DNA of 64,000 bases from a virus: the IMG/VR virus record IMGVR_UViG_3300037245_003482, positions 10,015 to 74,014 of that record, one strand, 5' to 3'. Under the pieces are notes generated by a model. That model saw only the letters and a list, made by a program, of their open reading frames with translations, had not been told where the DNA came from and made no database searches. The translations under genes and the position numbers were made by a program. Positions within the stretch are counted from its first letter, which is position 1, and each line of letters begins with the position of its first letter. Positions 8,825 through 19,101 of this stretch are shown here, piece after piece.

Positions 8825-9318
8825 TAAAATAACCCGCCACCAGTTTTTATTTCTTTTATTCCTGGTATGGAGGCCATTTTTGGCTGTGTAATTACAACTG
8901 CCTTCTCCCCCTTATTATACACAGTTTTAGGCATAACAATAGGTTTTTCTGCTTTTTCTATATCAAAGGGTAAATCTTCAGGCCCACCATTTATGTACCC
9001 ACGCTCCTTTATCCTATACCTTATGGTTTTTTCCATTTCACCACTTTTAACTTTTGCCTTTATGAATATTTCTGTGTTTTCAAATAAGGTGCTTTTCTTG
9101 TAAAAAGCAAGGCCTATTACAAAAGTAGTAGTTTTTTCGTATGCCAGGTAGGTTCCCCCCTGTTTCCGTATAAAGAAGCAGAAGCCTTGGCACTCAAATT
9201 CCTCATCCAGTTCATCAGGGGGTAATGGTACTGTTTCCCACATAACCCCACGGATACCTTTCCGTTCTTCCCTTAGTTCTTTACTACGTGTGCCACTAAC
9301 AAATTTCATTATGTTCAT
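8824..9318 (-). CDS. hypothetical protein ending in GGGLF
   Basis: ORF with a GGAG RBS, directly after the polymerase. Confidence 0.65.
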   Translation of the reverse strand: MNIMKFVSGTRSKELREERKGIRGVMWETVPLPPDELDEEFECQGFCFFIRKQGGTYLAYEKTTTFVIGLAFYKKSTLFENTEIFIKAKVKSGEMEKTIRYRIKERGYINGGPEDLPFDIEKAEKPIVMPKTVYNKGEKAVVITQPKMASIPGIKEIKTGGGLF

Positions 9319-9330
9319 GTAATTACTCCA

Positions 9331-11964
9331 TTATACAGGGTTGCTGTTTACATCAAATTTTACCATTTTGGCCCAGCTTCCCCCCACTTCTGTCATTTCA
9401 CCCTCAAGTACCAATGGCACAATAATCCAGGGCCAGCGTTCCATTACGCCCTCTACACCCCAATAGCGTGAAATCCTATTGACTTCATTTTCTTCACCTG
9501 CATAAACTTTGAATGCAAATTCATCATGTATTTCCCATGCAAGTGTGCTGCGCAGGCCCTCTTCCTTTACTTCCTTGGCTGCCTGTGCCATTGACCACAA
9601 TTTCACATGGCTTGCAGGGCCCTGTGTTTTCCAGTTGCAAAATTCAGTATAACCAAAAGGGCCTGTATATCTGCACCCATTAAGCGTATCAGTGTACCCA
9701 TCTATTTGGAACTTATCCCAATCTTCTTCCCTTAGGTCTTTATATTCAGGGAACCATTCCCCCCAATACCATTCATATTTGGCAATAACATGCTTTAAAA
9801 ACACTTTTGGGTCATCCCACCCTTTTTCCCTAAAATACTCCCACATAAGCGGAATAAGCTTACAATGCTTATAAAGGCTGGGGGCAATACTAAAAGGGCT
9901 TGCCCCATAAATACCAGGAAATACAGCATCACTTTTGGTATTTTGGCGCACCACACCACGTATAATTTTGCCATCGTATTCTGTTTCCTCCATTAAAGAA
10001 ACAAAATCATCCTGTAAATCAAATAAATTATGGGTCCAATCCCAGTGCATGTCGCTTTTTAAATCACTTGCATAGGCCAACCAGTTTTTATCTGGGTAAT
10101 TACATGCAGCAATCATTGTTTCAAGTGCTTTGTAATCCCAGGCCATAAAGCGGTAATCATCACCCGGTTTAATGCAGCTGCGTATTATGTTTTTAATTTT
10201 GGTATTGTGCTTTGGTACATTTTGGGCATTTGGGTTGCTGCTGTTACCTCGCAGTGTTACTGTAAGCAGTTTATAATATGGGTGCACTTTGCCGTCAACG
10301 CATTCATGCAGGTACCCATCCAAATAAGTACCTACTATTTTTTCAAGCTTCTTAATTTCCAGTATTTCATTGGTGAATGGGTGGTTCATTTTTTCCATTA
10401 CTTCAATATCAAGGGCCTGTTTCCCGCTTTTGCCACTGCCCGCCTGTTTTTTATCTACATTTTTAAGCCCTAATGTAGTGTACACATGCTTGTAGAAATT
10501 GTTTCCACTGGTGGTTCCATCCCAACCAAGGCCAAATTCACCTTTTTTGAGTGCTTCCAGTCGTTCTTTTATTTCATGCTCAATATCAACTTTTTGGTTT
10601 ATGGCATGTTCAACATCAAATAATTGCCCCTGTATGTGCAATTCGCTTAAAGCTTCCATTTGCCCATCAAGGAGGAAATCAAAATCAAGATGAGGGTGTG
10701 CAGCAAACCATGCCTGTTGCTTTTTACGTAGTTTCCTACACCAGAAACTATCTAATGCACAATAATGGTACAGTTTGTCTTTTGGTGCATCCTGTATGCG
10801 GTTGAACCCGTTTTCATCTTTTTCCCCTTCCCCTTCTAAATAATGGGCAATATCCTCATCATAATTAAGTACCCCAAAATGCTTATATACAAGGTACTTT
10901 TGCCCGCATGGTTTTTGGTTATGGATCATGTGTTCCGCAAGCAGGGTGTCCCAGGCCCAATTTACCACTTTGTATTGTTCCCCCATGTAACCTGCACGGA
11001 AATACACCCAACGGTCTTCAAATGGGTCATTATGGGCCACTTTGCCAATTTCATCATTGGTCATTACTTTCTTAAATGCTGCACAGAATTTCTCATTTTG
11101 TATAAAAAATGGCATGCACACACTTTCTTTATGATCAGCAATAGAAACACATTCGATAAAATGCCCTTCTGCCTGTGGTTTTAAGCCGCTGGTTTCAAAG
11201 TCAAATTCAATAAGTGCTTTACTGCCTGCCCAAAAATCATGCATAATATCCAGGTATTCTATGGCATCTTCTACATCCCAAATTATACGGGTGTCTTTTT
11301 CCTTTGGTTCATTATTTGGAAATTCATAATTTTCTGCAGTCGCCTTTGCCACAGCATTTTCAATGTCACGTTCAAAATTAAGCACTGTTACCGGGTCCAC
11401 TTTTTTATTCTTTTTGTTCATTGTTCTGTGGATTTCATGGGGGCTATATGTGGGGCAGAGCCATGCCTTTAATTGTTGATCAGGTATTGTTTCACTGTAA
11501 AAAGCATTATATGGGGTTCCATTTAGGCGCCCTGTAAGCCTGCTGTTTATTACGCCACGTGTTGCAGCACGGCCTAATAATATAACCACACGGGGCTTTA
11601 ATTGCTTAATTTCACGTAGTATATTGGGACTGCACTGGCCAATAGCAATATCGTTGGAATTAGAATCAGGGCACCTGCACCGTACAGCAGTTGTTACCCA
11701 GCAATCTTTTTCAATATGGCAATTAAATTTGCGTAAGGTGTCTTTCAGCCTGCGGAAACTATCTTCCTCTGAAAGCAATAACCCAGAAATATCATCAGCT
11801 GCACTTGGGGTATCAGTTACAATTAAAATACCCTTTTTGCCCTGCCCTTGTGCTTTTATTTTTGGATGTTTGGCATTATACTGGTGGTTGCAACCTTCAC
11901 ACCCTTGGGCAAAGGGACCTTTCTTTTTTGCGCCTGTACTTGTGGGGGTTGTGAAAAGTGGCAT
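9331..11964 (-). CDS. polA: family A DNA polymerase with N-terminal family-4 UDG-like domain and 3'-5' exonuclease (SPO1-type architecture)
   Basis: UDG-like region CEGC...AVRCRCP...IKQLKPRVVILLGR...CPTYSP; exonuclease FDFETSG, HN, YCALD; polymerase motifs DYKALE, RQNTK...FPGIYG and IHDE. Confidence 0.92.
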   Translation of the reverse strand: MPLFTTPTSTGAKKKGPFAQGCEGCNHQYNAKHPKIKAQGQGKKGILIVTDTPSAADDISGLLLSEEDSFRRLKDTLRKFNCHIEKDCWVTTAVRCRCPDSNSNDIAIGQCSPNILREIKQLKPRVVILLGRAATRGVINSRLTGRLNGTPYNAFYSETIPDQQLKAWLCPTYSPHEIHRTMNKKNKKVDPVTVLNFERDIENAVAKATAENYEFPNNEPKEKDTRIIWDVEDAIEYLDIMHDFWAGSKALIEFDFETSGLKPQAEGHFIECVSIADHKESVCMPFFIQNEKFCAAFKKVMTNDEIGKVAHNDPFEDRWVYFRAGYMGEQYKVVNWAWDTLLAEHMIHNQKPCGQKYLVYKHFGVLNYDEDIAHYLEGEGEKDENGFNRIQDAPKDKLYHYCALDSFWCRKLRKKQQAWFAAHPHLDFDFLLDGQMEALSELHIQGQLFDVEHAINQKVDIEHEIKERLEALKKGEFGLGWDGTTSGNNFYKHVYTTLGLKNVDKKQAGSGKSGKQALDIEVMEKMNHPFTNEILEIKKLEKIVGTYLDGYLHECVDGKVHPYYKLLTVTLRGNSSNPNAQNVPKHNTKIKNIIRSCIKPGDDYRFMAWDYKALETMIAACNYPDKNWLAYASDLKSDMHWDWTHNLFDLQDDFVSLMEETEYDGKIIRGVVRQNTKSDAVFPGIYGASPFSIAPSLYKHCKLIPLMWEYFREKGWDDPKVFLKHVIAKYEWYWGEWFPEYKDLREEDWDKFQIDGYTDTLNGCRYTGPFGYTEFCNWKTQGPASHVKLWSMAQAAKEVKEEGLRSTLAWEIHDEFAFKVYAGEENEVNRISRYWGVEGVMERWPWIIVPLVLEGEMTEVGGSWAKMVKFDVNSNPV

Positions 11965-11997
11965 AAAATTTCCTGTTTTTAAAATATGTAATAAAAT

Positions 11998-12037
11998 GGC
12001 TGCTGCCTAAGAGATATCTCTGCGCGGGGCAGCAGCC
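11998..12037 (-). terminator. GC-rich hairpin between clamp and polymerase genes (possible terminator or attenuator)
   Basis: 10-bp GGCTGCTGCC/GGCAGCAGCC stem enclosing the palindrome GAGATATCTC. Followed by ATTTTA on the minus strand. Confidence 0.5.
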
Positions 12038-12066
12038 CACAAATATACTTATATGGTTATTTGTGT

Positions 12067-13209
12067 TTATTCAGGGTCGCTTAAGTTGCATATAAGGTGC
12101 CTGTAATGTTCTGCTTCAAACAGCAACACTGTAACAGGCCCTTCCCCACCCTGTATTTCAGTAACCCAGAAATCCTTTGATTTTGTGTATATGTCATGCA
12201 GAAAATCAGTGGGGTATAGGCAACTAAAACCTTCTTTGATTTTAATTCCATCTGTAGGCCAATCAAGGGCTTCTTCACTGGTGCTGTCCTTACTTTGGGA
12301 GCTTATCATCAAATGTTTTTCTGTAAACGAAAGTTTCACAAAATACAATGAAGCATTGCCATCCTTGCCACTGCTTTTTGCACTCATAATACCCACACGT
12401 TTAATTGCATCCGGGAAACCTATTGGCAATGTGCCTGCAACAGAATCTTCCTTTTTTTCCAGGCTTGCAAAGTTTTGCAAAAATGGTACAACTTGCTTGG
12501 ATGGTTCAATAGCCAATAGTGTGCAACTGAATATTGTGCCCTCAGTTGTTTTAAAATGAACCCAAACATCTTTTTCAACTTCACCATCACTGTTGGTGTG
12601 GCATTTGGTGTAATGGGTAAATTTTTCATCCAGTTTAAGCAGCTGGCTTGTATTCTGCAGGCTAATCCAAAAATTAGCAATTTCGCCATCGTCATCCAGT
12701 AATGGGGTTTCAAAGGTGTAAATATTTGAGCGCATTGCATCCGTGCTGTACACATGGTTATCATCAAAAATTGTACCTGCATATGACTCTTTAGCATTAT
12801 CAGAAATTTCACACAGCTGCAGGGCCTCTTGAAAATCTGCGGGCAGTTCAATACTGGGGTTAATATTATGTAATTCAGTTACATATTCAGGGGTGGCTAT
12901 TTCTGTAATCCAGGACAATGTTGATTTATTGCGGCCACATTTAATAACCAGCCCTTTTTCACTTGTTTCCAGTGTTATATCATTGGACTTGAAACTTTGT
13001 ACAAGTTTAAAGAATTTTTCACCAATAATTGCCCCTGAAATACCCTCTGTGTCTATTTTAACACTGGCACAAATTGTACCATTGAATGTATGGAGGGCAC
13101 CATCACCAAAAATAATGGTGTCAGCACCTGCCAGGGTGTTTTTGCCTTTTACAATACCAGGCATTACTTTTTTAATAGCACTAAGAAGTGCTGATTTTTC
13201 GATTTGCAT
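12067..13209 (-). CDS. DNA polymerase sliding clamp (beta-clamp-like)
   Basis: 380 aa. MQIEKSALLSAIKKV, TFNG and STDAMR resemble the three DnaN repeat domains. Adjacent to the polymerase, with a clamp loader nearby. Confidence 0.75.
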   Translation of the reverse strand: MQIEKSALLSAIKKVMPGIVKGKNTLAGADTIIFGDGALHTFNGTICASVKIDTEGISGAIIGEKFFKLVQSFKSNDITLETSEKGLVIKCGRNKSTLSWITEIATPEYVTELHNINPSIELPADFQEALQLCEISDNAKESYAGTIFDDNHVYSTDAMRSNIYTFETPLLDDDGEIANFWISLQNTSQLLKLDEKFTHYTKCHTNSDGEVEKDVWVHFKTTEGTIFSCTLLAIEPSKQVVPFLQNFASLEKKEDSVAGTLPIGFPDAIKRVGIMSAKSSGKDGNASLYFVKLSFTEKHLMISSQSKDSTSEEALDWPTDGIKIKEGFSCLYPTDFLHDIYTKSKDFWVTEIQGGEGPVTVLLFEAEHYRHLICNLSDPE

Positions 13210-13646
13210 TACTGCTCCTTTTGATTTTTGTTTCTACTTATTTGTTCGTGGTCTAAGTTTGCTTCAGACCTAAATGTTCTAGTTTTTCCCAGCCCATAAT
13301 TATGGTTATCCGTTACAATTTTTCTGGAATCTAAGTCTTCTAGGGCAGCCAAAGCTACGGCTGCTGTTTGAATCAATTCGGTTCTATAATTAGCCCTGCA
13401 CCTTTTGTAAGTTTCTAAGGAACTATAACCCCCTGAATCCTTATAAGCTTTTTTAGTGAATTCCATTTCGCAGACTTCTTTGCATACCTCCCCATATTCC
13501 TCACCAAGTATACACATCCAAAATGAGGGCTCATGGTTTTGAACCCCCCATTTTTCATCCTGTTTTTGGCGTTCCCCTTTTACTTCATTTATAATATCAT
13601 TTTGCCGTATGGCTCTTTTATACTCATTCATATTTGCATCCCCCAT
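13209..13646 (-). CDS. MazG-like NTP pyrophosphohydrolase
   Basis: ERQKQDEKWG...ILGEEYGEVC...ELIQTAAVA. Confidence 0.8.
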   Translation of the reverse strand: MGDANMNEYKRAIRQNDIINEVKGERQKQDEKWGVQNHEPSFWMCILGEEYGEVCKEVCEMEFTKKAYKDSGGYSSLETYKRCRANYRTELIQTAAVALAALEDLDSRKIVTDNHNYGLGKTRTFRSEANLDHEQISRNKNQKEQ

Positions 13647-14470
13647 TATACAGAAACCTGCCCTTTGATTGCTGGGTGGTGCTTATACCCAATCAACTCA
13701 AAATCCTCATAGGTAAATTCATCAATATCTTTTATTGCAGGGTTTATTTTCATGGTGGGCAATGGCAGTGGCGCCTTGCATAATTGTTCATCAACTTGTT
13801 GTAAGTGATTGTTATAAATATGGGCATCACCAAAGGTGTGGATGAAATCACCAACTTCTAAATCACATACCTGTGCAACCATCATGGTAAGTAGGGCATA
13901 GGAGGCAATATTGAACGGTGTACCCAAGAACATGTCAGCAGAACGCTGGAACATTTTACAACTTAATTTACCATTTAGCACATAAAATTGGAAAAAACTG
14001 TGGCATGGGGGTAGTGCTGCTTCTTCAATTTCACCCGGATTCCAGGCTGTAACAATAAGTCTACGGCAATCTGGTTTGGTTTTTATGCGTTCAATTACAT
14101 TTGCAAGCTGGTCAATAAGCTTATCCTGGCCTGGGGGGCAATCTGAAGCATAATACATGGGGGGTTCCCATAAACGCCATTGTTTTCCATATACAGGCCC
14201 TAAATCGCCATTTTCGTCGGCCCATTGGTCCCAAATATGCACCCCATTATCATTAAGGTACTTAATATTTGTGGCCCCTGAAATAATCCAAAGCAATTCA
14301 TGTATAATGCCTTTTAGGAACATCTTTTTGGTTGTTACCAACGGGAACCCCTTGGAAAGATCAAAGCGCATTTGTGGCCCAAACATGCTTATTGTGCCTG
14401 TTCCTGTGCGGTCACCCTTTTGGGCGCCTTGTTCCTTGATTTCTTTTAATAAACGTAAATATTGTCTCAT
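13646..14470 (-). CDS. thyA: thymidylate synthase
   Basis: [40 protein letters not shown] and DAHIY. Confidence 0.97.
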   Translation of the reverse strand: MRQYLRLLKEIKEQGAQKGDRTGTGTISMFGPQMRFDLSKGFPLVTTKKMFLKGIIHELLWIISGATNIKYLNDNGVHIWDQWADENGDLGPVYGKQWRLWEPPMYYASDCPPGQDKLIDQLANVIERIKTKPDCRRLIVTAWNPGEIEEAALPPCHSFFQFYVLNGKLSCKMFQRSADMFLGTPFNIASYALLTMMVAQVCDLEVGDFIHTFGDAHIYNNHLQQVDEQLCKAPLPLPTMKINPAIKDIDEFTYEDFELIGYKHHPAIKGQVSV

Positions 14471-14488
14471 TGTTTCCTCTTTGTTGTT

Positions 14489-14866
14489 TTAAAATATAAC
14501 ACCTTTTTCTGTAAGCTGTTCAGCAATAATACCCCAATCAGATATGTGCATTAAATTTTTATCATCAATGTAAATATCTGCACTTATTTTGCGGCAATCC
14601 ACACCATATTCCCTTATTTTACTTGGTAAATTTGTGTTAATATAATGGTGGTGTACATCCATTTCCTCCAGGAACTTTTCAACATCCCCCATGGTGCCAC
14701 CTACTCTGCAGGTGTTAATTATAATAAAATGCCCTGCTCTGTACAGTTTATTGATAACATTTTTTGCCATTGGTAATATTGGGCCAATTTCTGGGTATTT
14801 GTCTTCTGCTATTGTACCATCAAAATCAATTGCAATTACAAACCGTTTATATTCGTGCATTTTCAC
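14489..14866 (-). CDS. HAD-superfamily phosphatase
   Basis: IAIDFDGT...NTCR...KISADIYIDDKN. Confidence 0.85.
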   Translation of the reverse strand: MKMHEYKRFVIAIDFDGTIAEDKYPEIGPILPMAKNVINKLYRAGHFIIINTCRVGGTMGDVEKFLEEMDVHHHYINTNLPSKIREYGVDCRKISADIYIDDKNLMHISDWGIIAEQLTEKGVIF

Positions 14867-14869
14867 CCC

Positions 14870-15550
14870 TTAAAAAAGTCCCCATGAATTGGCCTTGATC
14901 CTTGTTTTTGATGTGGCAAACCACTCTTCCCCTATTTCTATACCCAGAAATTTACGTTGTGTGTCTTTGGCTGCCACCCCTGTTGTGCCACTCCCCATAA
15001 ATGGATCAAAAATAATATCACCTGGGGAACTAAATTTAGTAATTAAATGGGCAATTAGTGGCACTGGTTTCTGTGTTGGATGGAGTGCATTTTGAGTTCT
15101 TGGGTACCTCATTATATTTGGGGTTCTTTTTCCATTTATTGCACGCTGGCCTTTTTGGGCAAATATAATAAATTCACATTGGGGAGCAAAATCATGCTTT
15201 AAATCGCCCATACCTGGTTGACCTTTGTCCCATATAAGTATATTTTTAAGAACAAAAACTTTTTCGATTATTTTTTTGAACTCATCAATTTTATGCCAAC
15301 TACAGAAAAAATAGTGCCCCGTGTTGGGCTTTGCAACCCTATAGCATTGATTTATGAACTCTGGGAGCCAGTCAAGATTATCATCATTGGCTATTTTTGC
15401 ATGCTTTTCCTTTCTCATTCCCGATTGATAGTCCATACCATAAGGGGGATCTGTGCATATCATATCAACAGAAGCTGGTTTCATGCTTTTTATATAATCA
15501 AAAGAATCCCCATTAACTAAAGTATATGAATTACCAGTAACTGTTTCCAT
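14870..15550 (-). CDS. DNA N4/N6 methyltransferase (beta class)
   Basis: TDPPY, HPTQKP and DPFMGSGTTG. Confidence 0.92.
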   Translation of the reverse strand: METVTGNSYTLVNGDSFDYIKSMKPASVDMICTDPPYGMDYQSGMRKEKHAKIANDDNLDWLPEFINQCYRVAKPNTGHYFFCSWHKIDEFKKIIEKVFVLKNILIWDKGQPGMGDLKHDFAPQCEFIIFAQKGQRAINGKRTPNIMRYPRTQNALHPTQKPVPLIAHLITKFSSPGDIIFDPFMGSGTTGVAAKDTQRKFLGIEIGEEWFATSKTRIKANSWGLF

Positions 15551-16227
15551 TATTCCACCTTTTTAGGTATTTGGTTAGGGTCACTTAAATCAAATCCCAT
15601 GAAATTAAACTCCCCTTTTATTCTTTGCTTCAAAGCTACAAAATAATCAGGATCTAGTTCAAACCCCACAAATTCCCCACTTTTCTGGAATCTTTCCCAT
15701 GCTATTGCATGTGATCCTGATCCTAAATGTGTATCTAATATTTTGAAATCAGGTTTTGCATAGTTTTGGAGTAACCAGGAATAAAGGGCAACTGGTTTTT
15801 GTGTTGGATGAATCCGAACCTTATCTGCCCCAACAATTCTTTTTTTATAAATTTTAGCTGGTGAATTAAATGAAGTCCATGCAAATTCACACATTGCCAT
15901 TGTGAATTTTTCTGGTTGTACTTTATCCCAAACTAAAAAGCAGGGCATTGGGAAAAGATGTTCAATCATATAATTCCCACCCCAGACAATTTGGTTTTTA
16001 GAGACGCGGAAAAGCTCTGCAAAATAGGCTTTATCTGGTATTTTTTCATCTGCGCCTGCAAACTTTTTATAATCCTTTTTGGAATTCCCTACTTTACCAC
16101 CAGCCATACCTATTCCATAAGGTGGGTCCACAATTGCCAAATCAAAATAATTATCTGGGTATTGTGCCATCCCTACCATGCAATCTTGGTTGTAAATTTT
16201 ACGATTGCCTACAATAAATTCATCCAT
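15550..16227 (-). CDS. DNA N4/N6 methyltransferase (beta class)
   Basis: VDPPYG, HPTQKP and DTHLGSGS. Confidence 0.92.
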   Translation of the reverse strand: MDEFIVGNRKIYNQDCMVGMAQYPDNYFDLAIVDPPYGIGMAGGKVGNSKKDYKKFAGADEKIPDKAYFAELFRVSKNQIVWGGNYMIEHLFPMPCFLVWDKVQPEKFTMAMCEFAWTSFNSPAKIYKKRIVGADKVRIHPTQKPVALYSWLLQNYAKPDFKILDTHLGSGSHAIAWERFQKSGEFVGFELDPDYFVALKQRIKGEFNFMGFDLSDPNQIPKKVE

Positions 16228-16253
16228 TTAACACCAAGAGCAAAAAGTACCTA

Positions 16254-16403
16254 CCCCTTATATAAAAAGTTGTGCGGGTAACACTTCAAAATAAAAGCCA
16301 ATGTTCAACATTTTCATATAGCCCATGTCCCCTGCAAATAACATCCTAATACTTTTTTAAAAAATAATGCATTAGTTTAAAATATTCCTTTATATAATAG
16401 GGG
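16254..16403. promoter_or_regulatory. divergent control region: TATATAAGGGG (minus, 16254-16264), T6A6 box (16353-16364), TATAATAGGGG (plus, 16393-16403)
   Basis: Both repeated motif classes occur at the strand switch between the two gene arms. Confidence 0.75.
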
Positions 16404-16418
16404 TACAAAGGAGTATTT

Positions 16419-17423
16419 ATGGGTTTATTTAACGATTGTGAAGATTTGCAGGAAACTTTTGAGTGGATTGTCGATGTGTCTAAAACATGCAACAACATAT
16501 ATAAAAAGGCATGCGAAGAAAATAAGGAACTTGCTGCTGCAATGGATGTACCATTTACTGTGCCCACTTCTGGGATGACAAAATGGGTCAAAACATTCAA
16601 TGAATTAGTTGCCAAATTGGTAAAGGGCAATAAAGCTGCTTTTAATACAAAAGAACACTTGAACAAGGGGCAAGACATACAGGACCTTTTTGACCATGAT
16701 CGACCAAGTGTATTAGGTGTAATTGAACACTTGGCCAGAAAATACACAAAGGCCCGTATTACACCTGGGTACAGAAAAGGTATTACACCTAAAAAAATCA
16801 ATTTGGCCCATTTTATTTACACAGACTTCCCCCCATTTTTAGCCCAGCAGAATTTTTCACTTGCATTATATTGGCTTAACACTGAAGCACCAGGCACCCC
16901 AGATGAAAAATTCCACCAGGCACTTTATACCCTAAATAAATGTGGGGTGCATGATTACGTTATAACCCCCTTTATCATTTTATTAGGGGAACAAAACACA
17001 AACACACAAAGGGCCCGTTTACTTGACAGTATATTGCTATTTGTTTCTTGGTATGAAAAAATGAAAGCCAGTTTCAGTGTTAAAAATTATACACCACCAG
17101 GCTGGTTCTATGTTGGTACAGCTGAAAAATTTATAAAAATGTTTTATGAGTACATTTGTGATATTTGGGGGGGCGACTTTGTGGTATTCCCCAAACCAGT
17201 TACAGATGACCCAGAAAAATCATTATTCAGAAATTACCTCGAGTGGCTTAAACTTAATTTTAGTGTTGATTTTTTCCCAAAGGAACAAACAAAATTTGTA
17301 CCCCGTGTAACCCCCAATTATAAGCAGACAAAGGAAGAACTGCGCCTGAAGGTTACAGATCACCAAAAATGGCGTGCAGAAGTAATGCCCAAAATAACAG
17401 CTGCTGGGTATTCTCAGGAATAA
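16419..17423 (+). CDS. hypothetical protein, 334 aa (starts MGLF)
   Basis: Long ORF with an AAGGAG RBS after the promoter motif. Confidence 0.75.
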   Translation: MGLFNDCEDLQETFEWIVDVSKTCNNIYKKACEENKELAAAMDVPFTVPTSGMTKWVKTFNELVAKLVKGNKAAFNTKEHLNKGQDIQDLFDHDRPSVLGVIEHLARKYTKARITPGYRKGITPKKINLAHFIYTDFPPFLAQQNFSLALYWLNTEAPGTPDEKFHQALYTLNKCGVHDYVITPFIILLGEQNTNTQRARLLDSILLFVSWYEKMKASFSVKNYTPPGWFYVGTAEKFIKMFYEYICDIWGGDFVVFPKPVTDDPEKSLFRNYLEWLKLNFSVDFFPKEQTKFVPRVTPNYKQTKEELRLKVTDHQKWRAEVMPKITAAGYSQE

Positions 17424-17429
17424 ATTTTA

Positions 17430-17474
17430 TTTTTTAAAAAAGTGTTTGCATTTCCTTTTGCTTTTTGTTATTTT
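17430..17474 (+). promoter_or_regulatory. sigma70-like promoter with T6A6 upstream box
   Basis: TTTTTTAAAAAA-GTGT-TTGCAT-17 nt-TATTTT. Near-identical copy at 42415-42459. Confidence 0.7.
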
Positions 17475-17507
17475 GAATTATAAGGAATTAAGGAACTGAG
17501 GAAAACA

Positions 17508-17882
17508 ATGACTACTGGGAATAAAACAACAACAGAAGCACCTAAAAAATACCTGTATACAAATGGAAGATGGGGTTTGCGAAGATATTTAATAGCAAGA
17601 GAAACCGCTAAAACTTATTTTTTATATATCAATGAGGTATATGAAGAACCTGTTAGAAAAAATAAAATGAGTACAGGTACGGGTTGGCACGTTTCTTCTT
17701 ATAAAGAAGAAACCCCTGAACTTTTAGCATTATGGAATAAGGCTATTTTAAGTGCAAAAGCTAAGGAAGCCTGTGATTATTTTATAGGGCATGTTAACAA
17801 ATTAAGTGGAGAGTTGCAAAATCAGTTGATTGAATTGGCTGAAAGCCATAAGGATGCACATGCATCTATGGAAAGGGGTTAA
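17508..17882 (+). CDS. hypothetical early protein
   Basis: ORF with a GAGG RBS after the promoter. Confidence 0.65.
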   Translation: MTTGNKTTTEAPKKYLYTNGRWGLRRYLIARETAKTYFLYINEVYEEPVRKNKMSTGTGWHVSSYKEETPELLALWNKAILSAKAKEACDYFIGHVNKLSGELQNQLIELAESHKDAHASMERG

Positions 17883-17883
17883 T

Positions 17884-18507
17884 ATGAAACAATCACAACA
17901 CACTGAAAATGTAGAAGATTACATGGGCATGATACATAAGGCCGTTAAAAAAGTAAAACCAAGTGAAGCCCTTTACCAGGACCTGGTATCTGAGGGTATT
18001 TTGATTTTTTATACAGCGCTCAAATGCTTTGATGAAACCAAAGGGGCCAAATTCAGTACCCATTTAACCATACACCTGCAGCAGCTCTTCAACCGTTATT
18101 GGTACAAATACCAGGATAAGGCCTATTTGTTCAAATATAATAAGCAGCAAACTGCCTACAGTGGCCATTATGTTAATGGGGGTGACTGTGGGGGAGAGCG
18201 TGCGGACATGGATTTTGTACAGGAACCTGTTGACGAAAACCAAAGGATGGATCTTGCTTTATTGTACACTGAACTAACACCTGATGCAAAGCACCTGCAT
18301 ACAGTAATTACATCAGGCACCTTAGTTGCAGAGTTTGGCAAACAACTACGCCTGACCATTACCAACCTGCTTAAAATAGTAGAAGAATGGGGTTGGGACA
18401 GCACACGCCTAAAAGCTGCATTAATTGATTTACGTGAATTCATATATGAAATGTTTGAAAACACTGTGGAATTAGACACATTGGGCTATAAGCACAATAA
18501 ACTATAA
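17884..18507 (+). CDS. sigma-factor-like protein (region 2 recognisable, region 4 not evident)
   Basis: YQDLVSEGILIFYTALKCFDETKGAKFSTHL. Confidence 0.75.
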   Translation: MKQSQHTENVEDYMGMIHKAVKKVKPSEALYQDLVSEGILIFYTALKCFDETKGAKFSTHLTIHLQQLFNRYWYKYQDKAYLFKYNKQQTAYSGHYVNGGDCGGERADMDFVQEPVDENQRMDLALLYTELTPDAKHLHTVITSGTLVAEFGKQLRLTITNLLKIVEEWGWDSTRLKAALIDLREFIYEMFENTVELDTLGYKHNKL

Positions 18508-18516
18508 AGGAGACAT

Positions 18517-19065
18517 ATGTCTTATTACATAACGAACCCGGGCAGTGATTCTGCTGAAAAAATTGAAGCCCTTTTTAAAGAATACCAAAAATGCAGGGTA
18601 CAAAGGCACAAGTTTGCAAAAGAACTTGGGGCCACAGATTACCTTGTAAGCCATCATTTCACTGAACGTGGTATTAGTGGTTTCCGTTTTGCTTCTAAAA
18701 AAGGCATATACTGCATCAATGATGAACTAAAAGCCAAAGAAGACGGAAAAGTACCTAAGGGGCTGCGTTTCGACAGAAAATTGGGTGCTTGGGTTCTTGC
18801 ATTAAAAACAGCTGAAGGTAAATTACTGCAATCAAAACTTAGAGCATTGCCAAAAGTAATACCAGGTAAAGCACGGCTGCTGCTTTCCACCACAGACAAC
18901 CCAGATTTAAATATTGGTGAAATAAAACGCATTGTTAAAAAGTGCCCTGTAAAAAGCTTAAGGGGCGGTTTTACCTTTATAACTGGCCTTTTTTCTAAAG
19001 GTGAAGTACCAAAAGATTGCAGGCCAATAAAAAAATCACGTTATTATTACCTTTTAGGTGAATAA
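18517..19065 (+). CDS. basic hypothetical protein
   Basis: ORF with an AGGAG RBS. Confidence 0.65.
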   Translation: MSYYITNPGSDSAEKIEALFKEYQKCRVQRHKFAKELGATDYLVSHHFTERGISGFRFASKKGIYCINDELKAKEDGKVPKGLRFDRKLGAWVLALKTAEGKLLQSKLRALPKVIPGKARLLLSTTDNPDLNIGEIKRIVKKCPVKSLRGGFTFITGLFSKGEVPKDCRPIKKSRYYYLLGE

Positions 19066-19101
19066 ATAGTAACACATTACTTTTAATATTGTATACTTAC
19101 T

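Noticed and set aside
9331-14866. Hypermodified-base (hmU, dZ, 7-deazaguanine) pathway
   Set aside because: ThyA looks canonical, and no dCMP deaminase, PurZ or Que/Dpd genes are present in this window.
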